DNA from: Candidatus Nomurabacteria bacterium
Lineage (GTDB): Bacteria; Patescibacteriota; Minisyncoccia; Phycocordibacterales; UBA9973
Reading direction: 5' to 3'
DNA: 64,000 nt
NCBI GenBank assembly: GCA_029288725.1
Contig: JARIGS010000023.1
Coordinates: 20,582 to 84,581 of the forward strand
Shown here in pieces: positions 47,874 to 57,980 of this stretch. The notes under the pieces were generated by a model. The model was not told the origin of the DNA. It saw nothing but the letters and a program-made list of their open reading frames with translations, and searched no databases. The position numbers and the translations under genes are program-made. The stretch's first letter is position 1. The number at the start of each line of letters is the position of its first letter.

Positions 47874-48623
47874 ATGACTACTTCATACAAAATTGTGCCG
47901 AGCGACTTCATGTTGGATGACGTATTGCCGGGAGAAATGAGCACTAAGCAGTATTCCTTCACCATCAAGGACATGCCAACCGAGGATAAGCCTCGGGAAA
48001 AGCTTGCCAAATATGGTCCGGCCGCATTATCGGTTCAGGAGCTCGTGGCAGTACTATTGATGACCGGTTCCAAGAAGGAAGACGTATTGAGCATGGCATC
48101 TCGCATCATCAAGGATTATGGTGAGAAGTCACTCAGCGGACAGACCAATGCCGAAGCAATGGCCAAGGATTTGGATATTCCATTGATTAAGGCCCAGCAG
48201 ATTGTGGCTTGTGCCGAACTTGGCCGCCGCTTCTTCGTGAAGCGGACTACTGGCCCGCAGACTATTCGCACGCCCAAGGATGTCTATGACTATTTATATG
48301 ACATGCGCAACTTGCCCAAGGAACACTTGCGCGGCATCTATCTCAATACCCACCACCGCGTTGTCCATGATGAAGTGATCTCAATCGGCACGATCAATGG
48401 CAATCTCATCCACCCTCGCGAAGTCTTCAAGCCGGCGATCGAGCATGGGGCAGCAGCAGTTATTCTTGCCCACAATCATCCGTCCGGTATCGTGACGCCA
48501 AGTCAGGCCGACATCGAGATCACCAAGCATATTGTCGAGGTTGGCAAACTGCTCGGTATTCCGGTGGTGGACCATGTCATTATCGGAAAGAACAAATTTA
48601 TCAGCATTGACGTAGCATACTAA
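47874..48623 (+). CDS. radC: RadC / JAB-domain protein
   Basis: KPREKL, HPREVF, HNHPSG..PS.AD, DHVII. Confidence 0.93.
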   Translation: MTTSYKIVPSDFMLDDVLPGEMSTKQYSFTIKDMPTEDKPREKLAKYGPAALSVQELVAVLLMTGSKKEDVLSMASRIIKDYGEKSLSGQTNAEAMAKDLDIPLIKAQQIVACAELGRRFFVKRTTGPQTIRTPKDVYDYLYDMRNLPKEHLRGIYLNTHHRVVHDEVISIGTINGNLIHPREVFKPAIEHGAAAVILAHNHPSGIVTPSQADIEITKHIVEVGKLLGIPVVDHVIIGKNKFISIDVAY

Positions 48624-48624
48624 T

Positions 48625-48888
48625 ATGAAAACAGCCAAACAGTACCGCATTCAGACCGTTCCCTCATACTTTTCAAATATCTCCTCCATCAATCGATTGG
48701 CCGTATTGCACGATGCACCGATTGAAGATGATCGCATGCAGCTGCAACTGTACTTCAATGACCTCTACCAGGTATTTCTCAAGCGCTTCTCAGCATTTGC
48801 GTATGCGGACTACTCCACTGAGGAATGCGATCAAATGATCACGATGTTTCAGGAAATCCTGAAAGTCAAAGCGCTTTTGTCCGCATAA
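48625..48888 (+). CDS. Hypothetical protein
   Basis: 87-aa ORF translationally coupled to radC. Confidence 0.55.
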   Translation: MKTAKQYRIQTVPSYFSNISSINRLAVLHDAPIEDDRMQLQLYFNDLYQVFLKRFSAFAYADYSTEECDQMITMFQEILKVKALLSA

Positions 48889-49538
48889 CCGTGCGCAACC
48901 GCAATTGCTCCAATGTGTCTTGCCCCAGCCGCGCGTAATGCGCGGCTGGCTTCGTTCACGGTGCCACCAGTCGTAATGACATCGTCTATTATTATATAGA
49001 GCGTATGTGGATCAAGAGTCTGATCGTTTTTAATACACATCGCATGGTACTGATTGCGAAGACGCTGCTGTCGGCTCTTCGTATGGGCTTGAGGAATAGT
49101 CGATCGTGTTTTCGCAAGGAGTGATTGTACGACAGTGTCGGGAATGACGGATTGCAGCCAGCGGGCGATCAGGGCGCTTTGATTAAAGCCACGACTAAAG
49201 GTCTTGGTCCGGTATTGAGGGATGGGTACTAGTACGATATGCTGGCCCTTTTTACTGAAGTCTTGTACAAAAGCATGCAGTGTTTCAGTACCATGCTGCA
49301 CCAATGCCTTCATGGCGCTGCTTTTGCGATGGTACTTTAATTCCCACACTGCCTGGCGAACGAGCGGGTGCCCATAATCAAATAACGCAATGGCATGGCC
49401 CTGGTTTTCAATGGGCAAGGCAAGGGGGATGTGCCCTATGCATGCAGGACAAAGGGCAGTACCGGCGGTCTGGCAGCCGTAACAGGTTTCGGGAAAGAAC
49501 AGGGCAAGCAGGCGATCAATCATGGCAATCATAGGCAT
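48849..49538 (-). CDS. comF: ComF-family phosphoribosyltransferase-like competence protein
   Basis: CYGC..CPAC, RGFNQS, IIDDVITTGGT; start position uncertain. Confidence 0.88.
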   Translation of the reverse strand: MPMIAMIDRLLALFFPETCYGCQTAGTALCPACIGHIPLALPIENQGHAIALFDYGHPLVRQAVWELKYHRKSSAMKALVQHGTETLHAFVQDFSKKGQHIVLVPIPQYRTKTFSRGFNQSALIARWLQSVIPDTVVQSLLAKTRSTIPQAHTKSRQQRLRNQYHAMCIKNDQTLDPHTLYIIIDDVITTGGTVNEASRALRAAGARHIGAIAVAHGYADKSALTFRIS

Positions 49539-49568
49539 TCCGGATTTTTGCGTTATACTGTCTACTAT

Positions 49569-50699
49569 ATGGATAGTATACTCGCCAGTATTAAAAACGT
49601 CTTCTCCAGTCTCCTGGGCAAGGCTAGTGACAATCGCGCAGTCGGTATCGACATTGGTACCAGTTCAATCAAGGTCGTTGAGTTAAAAAAGGAAGGAGGA
49701 AAAGTCCTGCTTGATACCTATGGGGCACTGGCATTGGGTCAGTACAATACCGACGGTCACATCGGACAGGTAACAAACCTTACGGCTGAAGTGTTGGCAA
49801 AGGCTTTGAAAGATGTACTGGAAGAGACAAAGATCACCAGTACCAACATCGTGCTCGGCATTCCTTCTGTATCATGCATTATTTTTATTTTGCAATTGCC
49901 GACTGAAATTGAGGAAAGCAACCTCCCACTCGTCATTCCAAATGAGGCAAAGAAGTTTATTCCCGTGCCGATCAATGACGTGTCATTGGACTGGTATGTC
50001 TTGCCGCGTCGCGAGGACTCCGGTACCGAAGCCCGTGTCTTGGCTGAAAGCGGTGGGGGAGCAAGCATGTCAGTCTTGGTAGTGGCAACGCTGAACGAAA
50101 CGCTTTCGAAATATACCGATGTTGCGCAGAAGGCCGCGCTTCCTGCTGACAGTTTGGAAATCGAAGTCTTCAGTCACATTCGTTCCGTCATGACTCGTGA
50201 ATTGTACCCGGTCATGATCGTTGATATCGGTGCCTCAAAGACCAAACTCACGATCGTGGAGCATGGCATCGTCGAAACGTTCCGTCTCGTCAATCACGGT
50301 TCACAGGACATGACCCTTGGTATCAGCCGCAGTCTTGAGCTGACCTTTGACCAGGCCGAAACGCTGAAGAAGCAGTATGGTTTGGCTGCACCATCGGAAT
50401 ATCCGCACCTTGCCGAACCGATCAAGCAACAGCTGGCTGAAATTTTTCAGGAAACCAATGCAACGATCCTGGCATTTGAAAAACGCTACAACAAAAATAT
50501 CGGCAAGATCATTTTCACTGGCGGAGGAGCGATGACCCATGGCCTCCTCGACTATGCCAAACAGAGCTTCGCGGCAGAATTGGCCATTGCCGATCCGTTT
50601 GCAAAAGTTGAGGCCCCAGTATTTCTTGGCGGTGTCTTAAAAAACACCGGCCCGGAGTTTTCCGTTGCAATTGGTCTGGCATTAAAGAAGATGCAGTAG
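49569..50699 (+). CDS. pilM: Type IV pilus assembly protein PilM
   Basis: VGIDIGTSSIKVVEL, VDIGASKT, TGGGA, VAIGLAL. Confidence 0.9.
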   Translation: MDSILASIKNVFSSLLGKASDNRAVGIDIGTSSIKVVELKKEGGKVLLDTYGALALGQYNTDGHIGQVTNLTAEVLAKALKDVLEETKITSTNIVLGIPSVSCIIFILQLPTEIEESNLPLVIPNEAKKFIPVPINDVSLDWYVLPRREDSGTEARVLAESGGGASMSVLVVATLNETLSKYTDVAQKAALPADSLEIEVFSHIRSVMTRELYPVMIVDIGASKTKLTIVEHGIVETFRLVNHGSQDMTLGISRSLELTFDQAETLKKQYGLAAPSEYPHLAEPIKQQLAEIFQETNATILAFEKRYNKNIGKIIFTGGGAMTHGLLDYAKQSFAAELAIADPFAKVEAPVFLGGVLKNTGPEFSVAIGLALKKMQ

Positions 50700-50715
50700 T
50701 ATACTTTGTATACCA

Positions 50716-51390
50716 ATGGAACCAGTCGTCGCCACATCGTTCATTCCAAAACGGCCTGTCTCAACTGAGCCTGTTTCAACTCCACACAAAAGTGCCGCAG
50801 TCGGGCTTTTGTCATTCATCACTATCATTGTAGTCATCGGTACCGTGCTTGCATTTGGCGGTGTGTACCTCTATCAGCAGTCACTTGTTTCAAAAAAGAC
50901 TCAATTGCAAACCTCCATCACTCAGGCTCAGGATGGATTGGGCAGTTCATTCGTGTCTGACATGAAGCGTTTGAGCAATCGTATCAATGGCGTAAAGACC
51001 CTTCTTCAGAACCATGTCGTAGTCTCACCAATTTTTGCCGCATTGCAGGCAACGACGCTGCAGTCCGTGCAGTACAAGAGCTTTACTTATGAGTTCACCA
51101 CTGACCCTGGTACCAAGACCAAGCTTGTGCAGGTTCATATCGAAGGAGTGGCAAAAAACTATGCGACCCTCGCATTGCAATCCGATGCGTTTGCAAAAAG
51201 CACGATCATTCGCAACCCTATTTTCTCTGACCTGACCGTTGAGGACAAGACTCAGCAGATTGACTTCAAGCTGCTCTTTACCGTCAATCCAAGCGACTTG
51301 TCATATCAGACATTTATCAACAGCCTTCCTACAAATCCTTTGAATACCACTCCGGCTGCTTCCGTAACAGCTAATCCTACCAGTCAATAA
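50716..51390 (+). CDS. PilN-like protein
   Basis: TM plus coiled coil; position after pilM. Confidence 0.7.
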   Translation: MEPVVATSFIPKRPVSTEPVSTPHKSAAVGLLSFITIIVVIGTVLAFGGVYLYQQSLVSKKTQLQTSITQAQDGLGSSFVSDMKRLSNRINGVKTLLQNHVVVSPIFAALQATTLQSVQYKSFTYEFTTDPGTKTKLVQVHIEGVAKNYATLALQSDAFAKSTIIRNPIFSDLTVEDKTQQIDFKLLFTVNPSDLSYQTFINSLPTNPLNTTPAASVTANPTSQ

Positions 51391-51391
51391 C

Positions 51392-51997
51392 ATGCGATAC
51401 TTTTTTCTTCTCTTACTCATAGCAGCGTCAGTCGGAGTGTTTATCACCCTGATTATTCCTCGTTATGATGTGATCAAGACTGAACAGGCTGACATTGCCA
51501 CTTACAATGCAAACCTTGCTACGGCCAACCAGCTTCAACAGTCTCGCGATGCACTGATTGCGCAGTACAACAACATTCCCAAGGCTGATTTGGATAATAT
51601 CAAAACGCTGTTGCCTGACAGCGTCGACAACATCCGTCTGATCATTCAGCTCGATGCGCTCGCTACCAAGAACGGCCTGTCATCATTGCGTCAGGTTGAT
51701 TACAATCCGGCCCAGGCTGCAACCAGTGCTACTGCCACCACCGCCAATGCACCTACTGCGGCTACCACTACTGCTGATCCAACCGTCAGTCAGTTACCGT
51801 ATGGTGAATTTGTCATTTCATTTACGACTAGTGGACAGTACTCCAACTTCCTGTCATTCCTTTCCGATCTTGAACAGAATCTCCGTCTCGTTGACGTAAC
51901 GGATATTGAATTTACACCAAGTACCAGTGGCCCTCAGACTGCTGCCAGCGGACTGTCGTACAAGGTAACGTTAAAAACCTATTGGCTAAAACAATAA
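51392..51997 (+). CDS. PilO-like protein
   Basis: LLPD..GQYSNFLSFLSDLEQNLRLVDV. Confidence 0.78.
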   Translation: MRYFFLLLLIAASVGVFITLIIPRYDVIKTEQADIATYNANLATANQLQQSRDALIAQYNNIPKADLDNIKTLLPDSVDNIRLIIQLDALATKNGLSSLRQVDYNPAQAATSATATTANAPTAATTTADPTVSQLPYGEFVISFTTSGQYSNFLSFLSDLEQNLRLVDVTDIEFTPSTSGPQTAASGLSYKVTLKTYWLKQ

Positions 51998-51998
51998 C

Positions 51999-52652
51999 AT
52001 GAGTAAAAAAGTCAAAATTTTTGGTATCGTCGGACTGGTCCTTGCAATCATCATTGCGGTAGCTTCATATTTCGGTAATAGCGCTCCAGTTGTTTCAAAC
52101 AATGGCTTGAGCAGTTCAGCATCGACCATCGTACCAGGCAATGGCGGTACCGTTACACCAAGTATGAGCACCAATGCTTTTTCAGGTACTCTTGCAAGCA
52201 TTAATGGTATCAACTTGGATACGTCAATTTTTCAAAATGCTGGATACAAGGCCCTTCGGGATTATCCGGTGACGCTCGGAAGTGCGGTTATCGGCCGTCA
52301 GAATCCATTCGCCCCATTGGGTAGTGACAGTGCTACACCGCAGACTGCCGCACCATTGCAGGTGCAAACTTTGGCAGTCGGTAAGGTCCTTACGACATCA
52401 GCGGAGTTCGGTGCCCTTGTTACGGCTGCGACCACTGATCCAGTGACGGTAGTATTTCAATACGGTACCAGTGACGCATTTGGCTCAGCGACTCCACCGG
52501 TCAAGGTAACAAAAAATGGCACTGCCGTTTTTACCGCTACCGGTCTTACTCCAGGAACACCGTACTATGTTGAGGCAGTAGCAGTACAGGGATCGAGTAC
52601 TGCAACGGGCAGCGTTATGAATTTCACCACTGCGGGAACGCAGAAGCACTAA
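51999..52652 (+). CDS. Membrane-anchored pilus-cluster protein with C-terminal FN3-like domain
   Basis: GRQNPFAP motif; FQYGTS..TGLTPGTPYY. Confidence 0.65.
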   Translation: MSKKVKIFGIVGLVLAIIIAVASYFGNSAPVVSNNGLSSSASTIVPGNGGTVTPSMSTNAFSGTLASINGINLDTSIFQNAGYKALRDYPVTLGSAVIGRQNPFAPLGSDSATPQTAAPLQVQTLAVGKVLTTSAEFGALVTAATTDPVTVVFQYGTSDAFGSATPPVKVTKNGTAVFTATGLTPGTPYYVEAVAVQGSSTATGSVMNFTTAGTQKH

Positions 52653-54392
52653 ATGTTTCTCGACTTTCTTCTCTCTCAAAGCATCATCACCGAGCTGCAA
52701 TACAATCGCGTGATGGCGGAACTTGACCATGAGTATCATGGCGATATCAATGCGGCATTGAAGGGTATTGGCCTGACCGAAGAGGTAGTGACGCAGGCAA
52801 AGTCCACCTTCTATCACTTGCCGTACGTAAAGGTTGATACCACTCAGATTGCCGGCAATGCGCTCAGGTATATTCCTGAGGAAGCGGCTCGTCAGTATAA
52901 GTTCATTCCGATTTCATTTGCGGATGGAGTGCTTTCTGTTGGGGTGACCGAACCGGAAAATATCGAGACCATGAACGCATTGCAGTTTCTATCAGTGAAG
53001 CTTGGCGTGCCGTTCAAGATTTTCCTGGTATCGGTTTCCGACTTTACGAAAGTGATGGAAAGCTACAAGAACATGGCTCAGCAGAACGTTGACGCCCAAG
53101 TCGATGAGTTCAATGGGGAATTGGAAATGGCCAATAAAAAGGACGGCACTGTTGATAACGCCGCATTGAAAAAATCCATTCTTGATGGCACGGCTCAGCA
53201 GGAAAAGATCGTTGAAGATGCGCCGATTGTGAAGATCGTGGCAGTGATCATTGAGCATGCCGTTGAAGGGGGAGCGTCCGATATTCACATTGAAAATGAT
53301 GGGGCATCGGTGAAGGTGCGCTATCGTGTTGATGGTACCTTGCACACTACGTTGGTATTGCCGCTGACCAGTTTCGATGCCATCGTGGCTCGTATTAAAA
53401 TTCTTTCGAAACTGCGTTTGGATGAGAAGCGCAAGCCGCAGGACGGTAGCTTCGCGACCACTATTGAGGGCAGAAAAATTGAATTCCGTGTCTCAACATT
53501 CCCAGCCTACTATGGTGAAAAGGTCGTGATGCGTATCTTGGACTCCGAGCATGGCGTGAAAAATTTGGAAGACCTTGATCTGTCTGCCCATGACTTGCAG
53601 CTCATTCAGGCGGCATTGCAGAAGCCGTACGGCATGATTCTGATTTCTGGACCAACTGGTTCCGGTAAGAGTACCAGTGTCTATGCCATGCTTGGTGCGG
53701 TTGATAAGGAAGGGAACAACGTGGTGTCACTTGAAGACCCGGTTGAATATCAGATTCCCGGCGTAACGCAGTCACAGGTGCTGCCGGAAATTGGCTATAC
53801 CTTTGCCACTGGTTTGCGCGCGATTCTCCGTCAGGACCCGAACATCATCATGGTCGGAGAAATTCGTGATAAAGAAACGGCGCAGTTGGCCATTCAAGCC
53901 GCCCTCACGGGGCACATCGTGGTGTCGACTATCCACACTAACAATGCGATCGGTATCATTCCTCGTCTTGTTGATATGGGCGTTGATCCGTATCTGATTG
54001 CGCCAACGTTGATTCTCGGTATGGCCCAGCGTCTCGTTCGCCGTGTCCATCCTAGTGCTCGTCATGAAGTACCGATGGATGACGTAACCAAAGAAATGAT
54101 CAAGAAGGAATTTGCCGACTTTAATCCTGAGGAAGTTGCCAAGCTGAACATTGGCGACAAGATGTATGAAATCCGCCCTTCATCCGAAGCACCGTCCGGC
54201 ACTCGTGGCCGTATCGCAGTCTTTGAAATGTTTGCCGTTGACCGAGACATTCAGGAAGTTATTTTGAAAAATCCTACCGAACCCGAACTCTACAAAATTA
54301 CCCGTGCCAAAGGCATGCTGACCATGCGCGAAGACGCTCTCCTCAAAGCCCTCAAAGGCGAAGTGGTAATGGAAGAAGTCTACGGACTATAA
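52653..54392 (+). CDS. pilB: Type IV pilus extension ATPase PilB/GspE
   Basis: ASDIH, GPTGSGKST, LEDPVE, LRQDP..GEIRD. Confidence 0.93.
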   Translation: MFLDFLLSQSIITELQYNRVMAELDHEYHGDINAALKGIGLTEEVVTQAKSTFYHLPYVKVDTTQIAGNALRYIPEEAARQYKFIPISFADGVLSVGVTEPENIETMNALQFLSVKLGVPFKIFLVSVSDFTKVMESYKNMAQQNVDAQVDEFNGELEMANKKDGTVDNAALKKSILDGTAQQEKIVEDAPIVKIVAVIIEHAVEGGASDIHIENDGASVKVRYRVDGTLHTTLVLPLTSFDAIVARIKILSKLRLDEKRKPQDGSFATTIEGRKIEFRVSTFPAYYGEKVVMRILDSEHGVKNLEDLDLSAHDLQLIQAALQKPYGMILISGPTGSGKSTSVYAMLGAVDKEGNNVVSLEDPVEYQIPGVTQSQVLPEIGYTFATGLRAILRQDPNIIMVGEIRDKETAQLAIQAALTGHIVVSTIHTNNAIGIIPRLVDMGVDPYLIAPTLILGMAQRLVRRVHPSARHEVPMDDVTKEMIKKEFADFNPEEVAKLNIGDKMYEIRPSSEAPSGTRGRIAVFEMFAVDRDIQEVILKNPTEPELYKITRAKGMLTMREDALLKALKGEVVMEEVYGL

Positions 54393-54465
54393 TGTGCTAG
54401 CTGCCAGGCAGCTCTCAATTAAAAAACGCCTGAGAATAATTCTCAGGCGTTTTGGCTGTTTGTCT

Positions 54466-54912
54466 TTATGCATACAATGCTGATACGAGGGGCACTGAGT
54501 TAATTAATGCAAGATCAAATGGTATTCTTTCGGCATTATGATCATATCTTTCAGCAGAAAGCCAGATTGTTCCAGAATATCGGTCCATGTCATCACCGAC
54601 ACCGGTTTTAAAGGTTCCATCAATATAGTCACCACAATGCCCAGTGAAGTTAAAATCAGACCCTGTCATTCTCATTAATGCGCCCAGGTGAGTTTTTAAA
54701 TTACTACTCCGCATGTCATGGTTACCGTGGTTAAAATCATCTACCAGCTCTTTTGAAATTTTGTCAGACTGAGTAATGCTGATGCATACTGCTTTTGATA
54801 AACATTGTGACTTATCAAGCAAAAGAAAGCAGATTTTTTTCGAAAACTCGCTGCCGTTCTCTGACCCTAATAGCATATACTTTAAGGCTTCTATTTGTTC
54901 CTGTTTAATCAT
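54466..54912 (-). CDS. Orphan protein inserted in the pilus cluster
   Basis: 148 aa, low GC; TTGACA-16-TAATGT promoter. Confidence 0.6.
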   Translation of the reverse strand: MIKQEQIEALKYMLLGSENGSEFSKKICFLLLDKSQCLSKAVCISITQSDKISKELVDDFNHGNHDMRSSNLKTHLGALMRMTGSDFNFTGHCGDYIDGTFKTGVGDDMDRYSGTIWLSAERYDHNAERIPFDLALINSVPLVSALYA

Positions 54913-55078
54913 GTTTTTAAGTTTTCTTCACATTACTGTATTCCATAAATTTGTCAACAATTTGTGCGGTGCTCGGTAACGCACAGACTAAATCACAAGA
55001 GTTTGTATGTATGTTAAACACTAAGTGTCGAACATAGAGTAGACGACAGATAGAGAAGCGGGGTATACTTGATGCAAC

Positions 55079-56143
55079 ATGGACTATAAGAAGACGTTTG
55101 AAGCATTGCTCGATATTTTGATACATGAAGGGGGATCTGACCTGCATATTTCTGCAGGGCGTTCGCCGGCGGTGCGCGTGAATGGTGAGTTGGTATTTTT
55201 ATTAAACCAACCAGCACTGACTCAGGAAGATGTTGGCGGCATTTTGAAAGCCATTCTTTCCGACAAGAACTTTACCCGTTTTGCGGAAAAGGAGGAAGTT
55301 GATTTCTCATACGGATATCAGGATAACAAATACCGTCTGCGCGGCAATGCATTTATTCAGCAGTCCAAGATCGGTATTGCATTGCGTCTCATTCCCGAAG
55401 TCCAGACATTTGAAGCACTGCGCCTGCCACCAATATTGGCAGAGTTTGCCCGCAAGCGACAAGGATTCTTTTTGGTCGTTGGTCCAGTGGGGCAAGGAAA
55501 GTCTGCAACGATGGCATCAATGGTTCGACAGATCAATGAGGAACGCACCGCTCATATCCTCACCATTGAGGATCCGGTGGAATATACCTATCCAGAAGGG
55601 AAGTCCATCATCGATCAGCGTGAAGTCGGCATTGATACTGCGGACTTTGCAGGGGCACTTACGCATGCCTTGCGTCAGGACGTAAACGTTATCTTGATCG
55701 GTGAAATGCGCGACCCGGAAACTATTGCAACTGCGGTAACGGCAGCAGAAACTGGACACCTAGTCCTTTCAACATTGCACACCAACAATGCCTCACAGAC
55801 CGTCGATCGTATCATCGACTCATTTCCCGCCAATCAGCAGGATCAGATTCGCATTCAGCTTGCCTCATCATTGCTCGGCGTTTTCTCTCAGCGTCTTATC
55901 CCTCGCATTGCCGGTGGTCGTGTTCCCGCATATGAATTGCTTATCAACAATAATGCCGTGGCAAACCTCATTCGTGACAAGCGTACGCACGAAATCGACA
56001 TGGTGATCGAGACCGGTTCAGAACAGGGGATGATCGACATGAATCGCTCATTGGTAGAGTTAGTGCGTCAGGGAGAAATCACCGTTGAGAATGCCTATGC
56101 CTATGCTATTAATCCAAAGAGCCTGGAACGCTTGATGCAATAA
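55079..56143 (+). CDS. pilT: Pilus retraction ATPase PilT
   Basis: SDLH, GPVGQGKS, EDPVE, GEMRD, TGHLVLSTLH. Confidence 0.93.
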   Translation: MDYKKTFEALLDILIHEGGSDLHISAGRSPAVRVNGELVFLLNQPALTQEDVGGILKAILSDKNFTRFAEKEEVDFSYGYQDNKYRLRGNAFIQQSKIGIALRLIPEVQTFEALRLPPILAEFARKRQGFFLVVGPVGQGKSATMASMVRQINEERTAHILTIEDPVEYTYPEGKSIIDQREVGIDTADFAGALTHALRQDVNVILIGEMRDPETIATAVTAAETGHLVLSTLHTNNASQTVDRIIDSFPANQQDQIRIQLASSLLGVFSQRLIPRIAGGRVPAYELLINNNAVANLIRDKRTHEIDMVIETGSEQGMIDMNRSLVELVRQGEITVENAYAYAINPKSLERLMQ

Positions 56144-56144
56144 T

Positions 56145-57350
56145 ATGAACTACGTCTACAAGGCCATTACCGATAAGGGTGAAAAGCGCGAAGGAACGAT
56201 TGAGGCAGTCAATCAGGAGCTGGCAATCAGCGGGCTGCAGCGTCGCGGCTTGATCGTGACCTCCATTCAGAGCGAGGAAGCGTCAAAGAAGTGGTTTGAA
56301 ATCACCCTGTTTGAAAGAGTGCCGATGAAGGATGTGGTGATCCTGTCACGACAAATGTCCACGTTGTTCGAGGCTCAGGTTTCTGCATTGAAAGCCTTTA
56401 CCCTGCTTGCGGAAAATACCGAGAACAAACTGCTCGCTCGCAAGCTCAATACCATTGCTTCTGATCTCCAAGCCGGCTCATCAATTGCCGGGGCATTGGC
56501 CAAGCAGAACGATGTCTTCTCTGATTTTTATGTGAACATGGTCAAGGCCGGTGAAGAGTCAGGAAAGCTCACTCAGGTCCTCGCCTTTTTGGCAGACTAC
56601 CTTGATCGCCAATATGCCCTGACGACCAAGACCAAGAATGCACTGGTCTATCCGGCATTCGTGATCGGCGTCTTCTTTGTCGTGATGATCCTGATGTTTA
56701 CCGTTATTGTGCCGAAACTGTCTGACATTATTATTCAGTCTGGTCAGGATATTCCGGTCTATACCAAAGTGGTCTTCGCCATCAGTAATTTCTTTGTGAA
56801 TTACGGCGTATTCATGCTGATTTTCCTTGCTGTGTTTGTGGCATACATCGTATACCTGTCTCGCACTGCCAAGGGCAAGAAAGTTATCGATGACATTAAG
56901 TTCGGCTTGCCACTATTTGGTAACCTTTACCGCAAGCTCTACCTTGCCCGCATTGCCGACAACATGGACACGATGCTGTCATCCGGTATTCCCATTGTTC
57001 GCGCCATAGAAATCACCGCTCAAGTGGTGGGGAATAAGCGCTATCAGGCAATTTTGATCCAAACGATGGAAGGCGTGAAGGCTGGTAAGTCATTCTCTAC
57101 TGCGCTCGGCGAGCATGATGACATTCCAAAGCTGATGTCACAGATCATCCGTGTTGGGGAGGAAACCGGTTCCGTCGGTGCGATCTTGAAAATGCTGGCA
57201 AAGTTTTATAACCGTGAGGTTGATCAGGCCATTGATACCTTGGTTGGTTTGATCGAACCGTTTATGATCGTCTTTCTTGGTTTGGGTGTCGGTATTCTCC
57301 TTGTTTCAGTCTTGGTGCCGATTTATAACATTGCGGGCGGTATTCAGTAG
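56145..57350 (+). CDS. pilC: Pilus platform protein PilC (GspF family)
   Basis: GEESGKL..YPAF..GEETG..IEP. Confidence 0.93.
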   Translation: MNYVYKAITDKGEKREGTIEAVNQELAISGLQRRGLIVTSIQSEEASKKWFEITLFERVPMKDVVILSRQMSTLFEAQVSALKAFTLLAENTENKLLARKLNTIASDLQAGSSIAGALAKQNDVFSDFYVNMVKAGEESGKLTQVLAFLADYLDRQYALTTKTKNALVYPAFVIGVFFVVMILMFTVIVPKLSDIIIQSGQDIPVYTKVVFAISNFFVNYGVFMLIFLAVFVAYIVYLSRTAKGKKVIDDIKFGLPLFGNLYRKLYLARIADNMDTMLSSGIPIVRAIEITAQVVGNKRYQAILIQTMEGVKAGKSFSTALGEHDDIPKLMSQIIRVGEETGSVGAILKMLAKFYNREVDQAIDTLVGLIEPFMIVFLGLGVGILLVSVLVPIYNIAGGIQ

Positions 57351-57421
57351 GTGGTACAATCATAGTGTTACATGCAAGTGTAATAATCGATTATTATTAG
57401 TGTGCAACTCTTAGAACATAT

Positions 57422-57889
57422 ATGAAAAAAGCTTTTAATAAAGGTTTCACCTTGATTGAATTGCTGGTGGTGATTGCCATCATCGGTATTCTCGCATCAG
57501 TGATTCTCGCTTCACTTAACTCAGCGCGTGCAAAAGGTACCGACGCTGCTTCAAAGGCCGACATCGACAATGCTCGTGCACAGGCGGAACTGTACTATGA
57601 CAGTAATAGTAGTTCCTATGCTGGTGTATGTACCGCTGCAGGCAGCGCTACTCCGGGTGGCATCAATACCATGGTGACCGATGCGGCTTCAAAGAGCGGT
57701 ACAACATTGGTTACCACGCTTGCAACTGCCGGTTCTGCAACCACGACCGTATGCCATGACCAGGCCGATGGCTGGGCAGCGGAAGTGCCGTTGAAATCCG
57801 TAGCGAACAGCTACTTCTGTGCTGACAATACTGGTGTATCAAAAGTCACCACCAATGTCTTGGCAGCAAGTGCCGTTACGTGTAGCTAA
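57422..57889 (+). CDS. Probable major type IV pilin
   Basis: KG|FTLIELLVVIAIIGILA; C-terminal Cys residues; strong terminator. Confidence 0.88.
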   Translation: MKKAFNKGFTLIELLVVIAIIGILASVILASLNSARAKGTDAASKADIDNARAQAELYYDSNSSSYAGVCTAAGSATPGGINTMVTDAASKSGTTLVTTLATAGSATTTVCHDQADGWAAEVPLKSVANSYFCADNTGVSKVTTNVLAASAVTCS

Positions 57890-57980
57890 TACGTAGCTAT
57901 CGAACAGCCCGCCACCCCGTAGGGGTGGCGGGCTGTTTTCATCTATTTTATTTACCGTCCATACTTGCTACAATATATGC

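Noticed and set aside
54992-55020. dif-like site (tgtatgtatgttaaac)
   Set aside because: Only the XerD-like arm partly matches; no credible XerC arm.
2184-57938. Recurrent CTACGG/CCGTAG-loop hairpins (about 2190, 6370, 11280, 37975, 39995, 44360, 57905) as a mobile repeat
   Set aside because: Stems differ in sequence and all sit at gene ends with A/T tracts; best explained as ordinary cUACGg-tetraloop terminators.
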